Shown here one piece after another: positions 29,802-37,916 of a stretch of 64,000 bases of DNA. Numbering within the stretch: position 1 is the first letter of the stretch; every line of letters starts with the position of its first letter. Under the pieces are notes generated by a model. The model did not search any database and was not told where the DNA came from. It saw nothing but the letters and a program-made list of their open reading frames with translations. Location of the stretch: the NCBI GenBank assembly GCA_049975425.1, contig JBNGDI010000007.1:10431-74430 (forward strand). The letters run 5' to 3'. The stretch comes from Bacteroidales bacterium (GTDB lineage Bacteria; Bacteroidota; Bacteroidia; Bacteroidales; VadinHA17). The position numbers and the translations under genes were made by a program.

Positions 29802-30986
29802 AAAGTTCTCATAGGGATACCTGTTTACATGTATCTCCCTGACTTTTTCATACAGTATTCGCTTAAGCTCCGGCAAATTGGTCTTTTCTCTGGCCGAAAT
29901 AAAGATACTTGAGCGGTTGTTCCTTCCCATCCATGTATTTTTCAGTTCATCCAGGGAATATTGACCGGCTTCAGGAGGTGTAAGATCATCCTCATCTCTG
30001 GGAATATGGGTATAAGCGTCAATTTTGTTAAACACCAGATAAGTGGGCTTATCGGCGGCTTCCAGGTCGTGAAGTGTTTCTTCCACAACCCTGATCTGTT
30101 CTTCAAAGCCCGCATGGGATATATCCACCACGTGTATCAGGATATCCGCTTCACGTACCTCATCAAGAGTTGATTTAAAACTTTCCACCAGATGATGGGG
30201 AAGTTTCCTGATAAAACCTACCGTATCTGAAAGCAGGAACGGCAGGTTGTCAATAATTACTTTTCGCACCGTGGTATCGAGGGTAGCAAACAATTTGTTT
30301 TCCGCAAACACATCCGATTTACTCAGTAAATTCATCAGAGTGGATTTCCCCGCATTGGTATACCCCACTAATGCCACCCTGACATATTTCCCCCGATTCT
30401 TTCTCTGAGTGACCATCTGTCTGTCAATCTGCTTCAGATGATCCTGCAGTCGCGCTATTCGGTCGCGTATCACCCTCCGGTCAGTTTCAATTTCTCTTTC
30501 TCCGGGTCCCCGAAGACCGATACCGCCTCGTTGTCTTTCAAGGTGGGTCCACATACCAGCCAGACGCGGCAGAATATACTGGTACTGGGCCAGCTCCACC
30601 TGTACTTTGGCATAGGAAGTACGTGCCCTGCGTGCAAATATATCGAGTATCAAACTGGTACGGTCAAGCACCTTGCATTTTGCCATTTGTTCAACATTCC
30701 TGAGCTGGCTGGGTGATAATTCATCATCAAAAATCAGTAAATCGGCCTCCAGTTCTTTCACACAATCAGCTATCTCACGCATTTTCCCTGTTCCCACGAA
30801 CGTCTTTGGATTGGGAGCATCGAGTTTCTGGGTGAATTTCTTCAAGGGAATGGCTCCTGCCGTTTCGGCCAGGAAAGCCAATTCATTAAGATAATCGAGC
30901 GTAACTCTCTCATCCTGGCCGGGAAGAATAAGTCCAACCAATACGGCCCGTTCTGCTTCAGGAATTGTTTTAATATATTCAGGCAT
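29793..30986 (-). CDS. hflX: GTPase HflX
   Basis: GLRGPGEREIETDRR motif in the HflX N-domain. G1 motif GYTNAGKST and G3 motif SDTVGF. Confidence 0.95.
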   Translation of the reverse strand: MPEYIKTIPEAERAVLVGLILPGQDERVTLDYLNELAFLAETAGAIPLKKFTQKLDAPNPKTFVGTGKMREIADCVKELEADLLIFDDELSPSQLRNVEQMAKCKVLDRTSLILDIFARRARTSYAKVQVELAQYQYILPRLAGMWTHLERQRGGIGLRGPGEREIETDRRVIRDRIARLQDHLKQIDRQMVTQRKNRGKYVRVALVGYTNAGKSTLMNLLSKSDVFAENKLFATLDTTVRKVIIDNLPFLLSDTVGFIRKLPHHLVESFKSTLDEVREADILIHVVDISHAGFEEQIRVVEETLHDLEAADKPTYLVFNKIDAYTHIPRDEDDLTPPEAGQYSLDELKNTWMGRNNRSSIFISAREKTNLPELKRILYEKVREIHVNRYPYENFLY

Positions 30987-31062
30987 AGAAAAAATGCGGC
31001 ACAGGGCCGCAAAATTAATGAATTTTCAGATGGAATGGAACAAGTCATTCCAATGGTGATTA

Positions 31063-32232
31063 TCATATGATGTACCTTCTGTTTCGGTACAGTATGTCAC
31101 GGATAGCCATTTTCAGTGTTTCGGTACCACGGAAAACCATTTCCACATCAGTCGGAAAAGGAAGAGGCTCCAGTTTGATCAGTTCCTGATCTTCCTTGTC
31201 AAGAGCGTTCACATCCCCCACGGCCCGCGCAGAATGGTGTTCGAATGTACTTTCAGCGCCGATGGGATCCTTTCGTAATACTCGCGTAGGATTCAGCTGT
31301 ATAATTTCCACATCCCCTTGCACCATCACCGATTTTTTTTGCAGCGTTTCAATGACTGTGCATGTAAGGGTTTTATACTTTGGCACTTTGATGTCGTTGC
31401 CTGCGGTATCTTTCATAACATTACCCCGGGCATCCAGAACATACTCCCATCCATCTTCCACCTTACGCTCCACCATACGATCCGATTCGGCCACATGATC
31501 GGGAGAAACCTCAATGGAATTCAGATTCACATAAATGTGATAATCGTATTCGATGTTTTCATCCAGATCGCGAGTATGATATTCCACCCACTCCGAATTC
31601 AGATCGGCCGGGCTTATTGCAAGCAGTTCCTGTTCATATTCCGGGGGAAGTTTTAATACGCTATTGTTCTGCATCATAATAAGAACCCTGCTCATGCCCA
31701 TATTTTTTGCCTGCATCAGCAGTTCGTCAACGTTTTCATAACTCCCTGCATATTCCTTTACTTTCATCAATTCATAATAAGCAGTTCGGTATGATTCCTT
31801 GTCCCCATTATTCATCAATTGCTGAGCATGCTCATAAAAGTAACTGGCAGCTCCCTGTTTGGCTTTCACTATTTCAGCATCAAAGTCTACATATTCATAG
31901 TCTATGGTCCTGTTTCCCATTTGAAGGGGAAGCACAGTACGCACCTTCGACTGCCGGTTTTTCAGAGCAATGTACCTGTTTAGAATTTCATCCCAGTTAT
32001 TGGGGTTATTTTCCAGTTTGAGGTAGCGGATCCTTTCCAGATCCTGTTCATTGGCAATGCGATAAGCTCGATCGAGTATTTCGATCTCTTCCTGATCGGT
32101 GGGTTTTTTCATCAGATTTTTCACTGATTTGTCTATTGCCAGGTCGTAATTCCCCTTCTGAAGTTGTTTTTTTGAGGAACCGCAACCCATGAATACCATG
32201 GAAAGTAGAAGTATGTAAGCCAGATTTTTCAT
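31063..32232 (-). CDS. Hypothetical lipoprotein
   Basis: The lipobox is in MKNLAYILLLSMVFMGCGSS (start at 32232, ORF track 32286). No family recognised. Confidence 0.6.
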   Translation of the reverse strand: MKNLAYILLLSMVFMGCGSSKKQLQKGNYDLAIDKSVKNLMKKPTDQEEIEILDRAYRIANEQDLERIRYLKLENNPNNWDEILNRYIALKNRQSKVRTVLPLQMGNRTIDYEYVDFDAEIVKAKQGAASYFYEHAQQLMNNGDKESYRTAYYELMKVKEYAGSYENVDELLMQAKNMGMSRVLIMMQNNSVLKLPPEYEQELLAISPADLNSEWVEYHTRDLDENIEYDYHIYVNLNSIEVSPDHVAESDRMVERKVEDGWEYVLDARGNVMKDTAGNDIKVPKYKTLTCTVIETLQKKSVMVQGDVEIIQLNPTRVLRKDPIGAESTFEHHSARAVGDVNALDKEDQELIKLEPLPFPTDVEMVFRGTETLKMAIRDILYRNRRYII

Positions 32233-32355
32233 AATGGCAGCAGATTGATTACATGTTCTAAAATACAAAAAATCGTGCCAAATCAAACCAGAGTACCATG
32301 TATTTGAAAAAAAACCCTGGTTTGAAACCAGGGTTTTTTGAATTTCACATATTCT

Positions 32356-33045
32356 TTACTGGAGAACGAATACAATGGGGAAGGTATAAGCTACCCTCAC
32401 AGGTTTACCACGCTGTTTCCCCGGCTCCCACTTGGGAGAAGAAGAAACCACACGCACGGCTTCAGCATCCAGTGCCGGGTCAACTCCTCTGACGACCTCC
32501 ACATTGCTGACGCTTCCGTCAGGTTCCACAACAAAGCGGACAAATACCCGGCCGCTGATTCCGTTTTCAGCGGCAATTTCAGGATATCTCAGGTTCTGCT
32601 GGATCCATTCCCTGAATCCTTCCTGCCCCTTTCCCTGGAAACTGGGCATATCTTCAACAATAAAGAAAATCTGCTGTTCTTCCACTTCTTCCTCTTCCTC
32701 ACCTTCAAACTCGATGATTTCGATTTCCGTATCCTGGGTAACTTCCATATCTTCCAGAATCAACTCATCATCCAGTTCAACATCATCATCAACAATATTC
32801 AGAATCTCCGTTACTTTCGGGGGTTCAGGCGGCTTTTGTGGCTCAGGTTGCTCCTGACGGGTAATGGGAATTATTTCCTCTTCCAATGCCTCATCTCCTA
32901 CCATCATAATATCCGTATTGCCAAGATCACGGCTTGTCCATTCAAAAGCAATTAACACTATTGAAAGAACAATAACCAGCCCCAGCTCAAGGAACAGACC
33001 TTTGCGCTTTTCCAGATCTGCTTTTTCTGATTTCTTGACTTCCAT
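32356..33045 (-). CDS. tonB: Energy transducer TonB
   Basis: N-terminal TM anchor, Pro/Glu-rich spacer (EQPEPQKPPEPPK, EEEEEVEE) and a C-terminal TonB domain (YPEIAAENGISGRVFVRFVV...G). Confidence 0.85.
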   Translation of the reverse strand: MEVKKSEKADLEKRKGLFLELGLVIVLSIVLIAFEWTSRDLGNTDIMMVGDEALEEEIIPITRQEQPEPQKPPEPPKVTEILNIVDDDVELDDELILEDMEVTQDTEIEIIEFEGEEEEEVEEQQIFFIVEDMPSFQGKGQEGFREWIQQNLRYPEIAAENGISGRVFVRFVVEPDGSVSNVEVVRGVDPALDAEAVRVVSSSPKWEPGKQRGKPVRVAYTFPIVFVLQ

Positions 33046-33283
33046 ATCTTTTCAAATTTTTGAAGTGCTAAAAATAAATAATTATCCCGGTATCTTCAAA
33101 GCCATTTTCAAAGAATCAGTTCAAATAGTCTTCATTTCATAAAATACTATTTTTTTTGTATCTCTTTCCTACAAATATACTACAAAAATTATTCCATGTC
33201 AATATTTTGTGCAGGCAGGAACATGATAGTCACCTGTATGGGATTCTGCCAAAAGATGTATTTCCCGGTACTATTTTTTTTTA

Positions 33284-33291
33284 TATATTTG
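33284..33291 (+). promoter_or_regulatory. Candidate -7 box TATATTTG (TAnnTTTG) upstream of tRNA-Ala
   Basis: Exact consensus match 39 nt upstream of the tRNA 5' end. Motif match only. Confidence 0.3.
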
Positions 33292-33329
33292 ACCCGTTTT
33301 TTAGGCTACAGATAGTAGCATTTATTGTT

Positions 33330-33403
33330 GGGGTATTAGCTCAGTTGGCTAGAGCGCTTGACTGGCAGTCAAGAGGTCAGCGGTTCGACTCCGCTATACT
33401 CCA
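33330..33403 (+). tRNA. tRNA-Ala (anticodon GGC)
   Basis: Hand-folded cloverleaf: acceptor GGGGTAT/ATACTCC with the G3:U70 Ala identity pair, D-arm GCTC-AGTTGGCTA-GAGC, anticodon stem CTTGA/TCAAG with loop CTGGCAG, T-arm AGCGG-TTCGACT-CCGCT. CCA is not encoded. Confidence 0.9.
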
Positions 33404-33412
33404 CAAATCTTG

Positions 33413-33440
33413 AAAGACGGGATGATCTTCCGTCTTTTTC
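33413..33440 (+). terminator. Rho-independent terminator after tRNA-Ala
   Basis: Stem aaagacgg / ccgtcttt with a 9-nt loop, followed by a T-run. Confidence 0.6.
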
Positions 33441-33623
33441 TTTTACTTTTCCTGCTTAATTTCCCTAATTCCTCATCAATCATTTTATAATAAAAACATA
33501 TCCCTGCTCAATATTCTCCAGAAATGACCTCACTGATTCATTATACTTTTCCAATATAAAACCCTTTTCTACTGGCTCTCTCTTCTTTCCGGTCTTCTTT
33601 CATCCTGAACATAACTCAATTTT

Positions 33624-33783
33624 GGCTCAGTTGGTCCCGAAAAACCGGCAATCTCCGATTGCCCGGTTTTTCGTGGATCCTCGAAAATCATCTGTTCGCC
33701 TTTATGCGAACAGTGATTTTCGGGACTAGAGCGCTTGACTGGCAGTCAAGAGGTCAGCGGTTCGACTCCGCTATACTCCACCA
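33624..33783 (+). pseudogene. tRNA-Ala(GGC)-derived relic or tRNA-like element: D-arm 5' half, 91-nt insert, then a perfect copy of tRNA positions from the D-loop to the discriminator plus CCA
   Basis: 33726-33780 is 55/55 identical to 33349-33403. GGCTCAGTTGG at 33624-33634 matches the D-arm of the intact gene at 10/11 positions. The 7 nt upstream (tcaattt) cannot pair with ATACTCC, so there is no acceptor stem. Confidence 0.55.
33635..33725 (+). repeat. Twin-hairpin (MITE/REP-like) insert with pairing termini TCC...GGA
   Basis: Hairpin 1 spans 33638-33673 (16 bp, one bulge, loop tcc). Hairpin 2 spans 33682-33722 (17 bp, one bulge, loop ctttat). Both are framed by CGAAAA...TTTTCG. The insert ends, tcccgaaaa and ttttcggga, are reverse complements. 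Confidence 0.6.
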
Positions 33784-33789
33784 GAACCA

Positions 33790-33822
33790 AAAGACGGAAA
33801 AGTTTTTCCGTCTATTTTTTTT
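33790..33822 (+). terminator. Rho-independent terminator after the tRNA-Ala relic
   Basis: Stem agacggaaaa / ttttccgtct followed by T8. It is homologous in position and stem sequence to the terminator at 33413-33440. Confidence 0.6.
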
Positions 33823-34128
33823 GCATGCCACCTATTGAAAACCTGAACCGGAAAAGACTCTTTTTTATTGGATGAAACAAAAACCGGAATGTTAAATCAA
33901 TCCTTCTCAGGCAAAAATAAATTCTTTATCCTACTGGATCAGAACCCTGACCCCTGTCAATTCTTAGATCAGCACCCACTGTCTCTATTGAAATAACTCA
34001 AAGCCTCCTGTCTTATTCCTAACCCATACTTTCCGACTCAACCCTTCCGTGATTCCATACAAATCTATTATGGTTCAGTTACCTGCCTACCGGCAGGCAT
34101 GGTTCCGAAATCTTAAAAATAATGACCG

Positions 34129-35631
34129 TTATCCCGTCATTCTTCTCACAATCCTGTTATTAAACAGGAGCAACCCTGCCAAAAGAATCAGCCATTGCAT
34201 CCATATGGTTGCAATACTGTATGGATTAAATGGATTAAGCCATTCTCCGGGAGCAAACTGGGTAATAGCAAGGAACATCCACCAGATAAGAAGTATCAGT
34301 GCCGCAATTGGTATAAAATAACTGATGATATAATCCCACCATTTCCCCAGTTTCCAGTCGTTTTTCATGGCATTCAAATCCGAACGAAAAGCAGCAGTCC
34401 CGCCTTTAATAACGGTACAGGCAATAATAGCTCCCGAGATCATCAGTCCGAGCCCCCATACAAAATCCTGGTTACTGAGAAAATCGAGGTTTCGCGCTGA
34501 AGGAATTCCCAGCAAATAACTGATACCAACTACTATCAACACAGCCCGGCTGCGCTGAATACCTGTGTCAACCAGCAGGCGGGAAGCCAGCTCAAACATA
34601 GCTATGAGAGAACTGAACCCTGCAAAGCTCAATCCCAGAAAAAACAGTACCGCCAGAATGCTTCCAAACGGCATTCTGGCAAATAACTGCGGCATCCACA
34701 TAAAGGTCAAGCCTGTAGAAGCCGGACCACTTTCACGCATCACCTCAAGCACCTGTGCATCGGCCATCCCCAGATGTCCCTGCAAAATAGAAAATACCGT
34801 TCCGAAGATCATCACCGCAGCCAGTATACTGACCATATTGTTTCCAATCCCGGTAGTAAAAGCATTCTTTACAGCCCCGTGTTCCAATTTCATATAGGCT
34901 GCATAGGTAAGGAACAGTCCCCATCCGGCACCAGTATCCCATGCATTCTGTGTAAGCGCCTGTAACCAGATTTCAGGCCGGGCAAGTTGATTCCACTGGG
35001 GTCTGAATAAATAACCAATTCCGGCTCCGGCTCCCGGAAGAGTTACTGCCCTGAGAACCGACAGAATCACAATAATCAGCAAGGCAGGGATCAGAATCTT
35101 ATTCACCCTTTCTATTCTCCTGACCCCTTTCCCTATGGATAAACCGGCAAACGTGACCGCTGCAAGATGAACAAGGAAAGGCCAACCACTGCTCTGGAAA
35201 CCATCCCACATCTGAACGGCGGTTTCCGTATCCTGGGGCAGAGGATACAGAACTGTTTGTACCAGATAATACAGGCACCAGCCAACTACTACTGCATAAA
35301 AAAAAGCAATGGCGGTAGCCACCATGGCAACAAATCCACCCATCCAGGCAAATTTGCCACCCATGGCTTTAATAAAAATACCTATGACACCCGAGCGATG
35401 TTTCCGGCCCAGTCCATATTCTGCAATGATTAAAGGAATACTCCATAGAAACAGAAAGATAAGCCAGGCAATCAGAAAAGCTCCTGCCCCTTCTTCCCCT
35501 CCTGTTTGAGCAGCGATCCGAGGAAACCTCCAGATATTTCCCGTTCCTACTGCAATACCCAGTGCACTCAATATTAAACCAAACCTGGATGAAAATCGCT
35601 GGTGAATGCTGGCATCAAGTAAACGGGACAT
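34129..35631 (-). CDS. Sodium-dependent transporter of the neurotransmitter:sodium symporter (SNF) family
   Basis: GTGNIWRFP motif in TM1. 500 aa with about 12 TM segments. Confidence 0.9.
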   Translation of the reverse strand: MSRLLDASIHQRFSSRFGLILSALGIAVGTGNIWRFPRIAAQTGGEEGAGAFLIAWLIFLFLWSIPLIIAEYGLGRKHRSGVIGIFIKAMGGKFAWMGGFVAMVATAIAFFYAVVVGWCLYYLVQTVLYPLPQDTETAVQMWDGFQSSGWPFLVHLAAVTFAGLSIGKGVRRIERVNKILIPALLIIVILSVLRAVTLPGAGAGIGYLFRPQWNQLARPEIWLQALTQNAWDTGAGWGLFLTYAAYMKLEHGAVKNAFTTGIGNNMVSILAAVMIFGTVFSILQGHLGMADAQVLEVMRESGPASTGLTFMWMPQLFARMPFGSILAVLFFLGLSFAGFSSLIAMFELASRLLVDTGIQRSRAVLIVVGISYLLGIPSARNLDFLSNQDFVWGLGLMISGAIIACTVIKGGTAAFRSDLNAMKNDWKLGKWWDYIISYFIPIAALILLIWWMFLAITQFAPGEWLNPFNPYSIATIWMQWLILLAGLLLFNNRIVRRMTG

Positions 35632-35945
35632 ATACTCTTTTTTTTTGTATAAATTAACAACCCTCCCTTAACATTTCCAAAACCACGATGGAATATCCTG
35701 AATACCCAATGATAGTTATCATATAGTTTAGTTTACTAATTGATAAACTGACCTGTGAGGCATTATATGCAGAAAAACCTGATATGAAAATTTGTAAATA
35801 ATGCATTTGTTTTTATAATTTTACGTATAAGCCTTTCAACCGTTATCGTGTTAGATATTTGTAACAAAAGATGCAACCCATCATTTTGCATTTCATTCCC
35901 CTTAAATTTTTCTCTATTCCATCAACACCTGAAATTTTCCGGTTT

Positions 35946-37166
35946 ATGAAGAAAACAATGTTAGCATTCATTGCATGCATCGTAATGCCGGCTGTTATTT
36001 CAGGACAACCCGATCTGCGGCCGGGCTACATTATCCAGAGCGACGGAAACATTCACCACGGACAGCTTGTACACAGAAGCGGATACCAGGCATCTGCCTT
36101 ATGCGAACTTTTCGATGAGTCATCAGGAAAAAAAGTTCAATACAAACCTCCAGATATCCTGGGTTACGGTTATTATCATAGGAAGAAATATATCAGCCGA
36201 ACATTCCTGGATGAGAAGACTGAAAAAAATCTCTTCCTGGAATTGCTGATCGATGGCATGATCGACCTTTACCGCTATTATGACCAAAAAACTGCAGAAA
36301 TTTTTGTTATCGCAAATGAAGAAAACGCTTTCAGATTATATCCGGTACAATACGTTCACAGGGACAACATCGGGCAGTTCAAATCATCTATTGGAACTTT
36401 ACGCATTCTTTTCAATGACTGCGCTTCTCTCAAATCTTCTCTGGAAAATATAAAAAACCTGCCCGGAGAATTGATAATCAGCTTCATCAAAAAATACCAT
36501 CAATGCATGATGTATGAGTATCAGGATTATACCCTGAAAAATATTCAAAAAAATCCCGTAAGCTTTTCCTTTATGGCGGGTGGGCATTTTTACCATTTTT
36601 TAACTTATCAAAACTTCCCCGACCTTCAGGAAGATCATCCTTTCCGCTCATTTTCCTATAAAGCTGGTAGCAGAATAACGTGGCCAACTCCCATACATCA
36701 AATTTCGGGCGGTTTCAATATAAATTTCTTGAATTATCATAATATGTCAACTACCAATTACCAGAATCTTCGCAAAACCTCCTATGAATTCAATGTATAT
36801 GAAATTGAATTCTCCATGATCACATTAAATGCGAATATAATATACACCCCGTTTCAGCAAAGAAAAGTCCGTCCTTATCTATTTGCCGGACCTTATGCCG
36901 GAAAAATTTTCGGGATTCGAACCGGAATGCAGGAGAGAAGGTATATAGAACCTGATTATGTCGTAAATTTAGATTTCCTTGAATCAGAAAATATTCCCGA
37001 CAAGAATTACGGAATATGCTGAGGAGCAGGAATATCAGTCGTTCTGTCAGACAAATTGAATGTTTTTTTTGAAGGAGTTTTCAACCGCGCTCTCGTTATG
37101 CCTCCGTTCAGAAATTATATGCTGACACAGGGGATAGAATTCCATACTGGGATTTCCTTTCGTTGA
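35946..37166 (+). pseudogene. Outer-membrane beta-barrel-like protein gene interrupted by an in-frame TGA at 37020-37022
   Basis: The ORF (signal peptide MKKTMLAFIACIVMPAVISG) stops after ...KNYGIC. The same frame continues for 47 codons, GAGISVVLSDKLNVFFEGVFNRALVMPPFRNYMLTQGIEFHTGISFR*, which reads like the terminal strands of a beta-barrel. Confidence 0.5.
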
Positions 37167-37190
37167 GATGAAAATAAGACTTTTATAACA

Positions 37191-37807
37191 ATGAAATTAA
37201 AACTTATAGGAATCATTTCATTCTCCCTGCTCGCCTCCTGCACGGAGAAAATCAATTATGACCTGGTCAGATACAGGGAATATGAATCGCTAAAACCGGA
37301 ACAAAAAATTGAAATATATGCGGAACACTTCACAGACCATTCAGGAATCTGGCCTGAAGATTCTGTAATTAGCGGAATCAGCCAGATCGAAAACGGTTTT
37401 TACTGGCTAACCAATCTCAACCGGGCTTATTTTGAAGTCAAACGATCTGTTCACGAGGCGAAGGGCTCTTTGCGTGAAATTGAAGTGCTGGTTAAACTGA
37501 CTGAAAACCCGGATAATCAATTTTTCCAGATAAATCTGCAGTCGGTTTTTTTTTGGGAATTTCTTTTCAGGAAATCAGAATAGGTACAACAGATATAATG
37601 TCGGGACAATCTGTTTTAAACGGTTATAACGAGTTTAATAAACTGACCGTCAGAATCATTTACAAATCTGTGCTGTTATATGTAAATGATAACTTGATAT
37701 GGGTGCAACGTCTGGAAAATTACAATGACTACTTCGGTTTCCGGATAGGACGAAATATCACAGCGCTGGTAGATTACATTAAGATCTATAGTCTTGATAT
37801 TGAGTAA
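37191..37807 (+). pseudogene. Lipoprotein gene split by a frameshift in a T9 homopolymer (ORFs 37191..37583 and 37553..37807)
   Basis: Lipobox MKLKLIGIISFSLLASC. The two ORFs overlap exactly at the T-run 37546-37554. One extra T would join them into a single protein of about 205 aa. Confidence 0.55.
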
Positions 37808-37916
37808 GTCGCGGGTATTAGGATAACTCTAGTAAAATATTATTCTCTTTTTCTCCCCGCCTGCAGAAAAGATTTCATACTTTTACTTTCGGCCGAAATC
37901 AAATACTATTGAAACC

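Noticed and set aside
32338-32955. Two plus-strand ORFs (205 and 141 aa) opposite tonB, one with long Ser-rich runs.
   Set aside because: They are the antisense translation of the Glu/Pro-rich TonB spacer. TonB itself has a clear TM anchor and C-terminal domain, so it is the real gene.
33156-33413. An 85-aa ORF spanning the tonB/tRNA intergenic region.
   Set aside because: It reads straight through the tRNA-Ala gene and its promoter region, and has no coding signature.
33349-33780. The 55-nt direct repeat of the tRNA-Ala 3' half, considered as attL/attR of an integrated mobile element.
   Set aside because: Only about 320 bp separate the repeats. There is no integrase, excisionase or cargo ORF there or in the flanking several kb. 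It is reported instead as a tRNA relic or structured insert.
35632-35945. The 314-nt AT-rich leader region upstream of the SNF transporter, examined as a possible riboswitch.
   Set aside because: I could not find conserved GC-rich helices or any known riboswitch core, such as the glycine or other amino-acid classes. It looks like a plain divergent promoter region.
37020-37022. The in-frame TGA as selenocysteine or a reassigned codon (Trp/Gly).
   Set aside because: Several well-supported genes in the window terminate at TGA at the expected protein ends, for example 7752-8504, 8644-9132 and 9947-11479. This rules out genome-wide reassignment. I see no convincing SECIS-like hairpin immediately downstream, and a Cys immediately precedes the stop. 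A nonsense mutation or a sequencing error is simpler.
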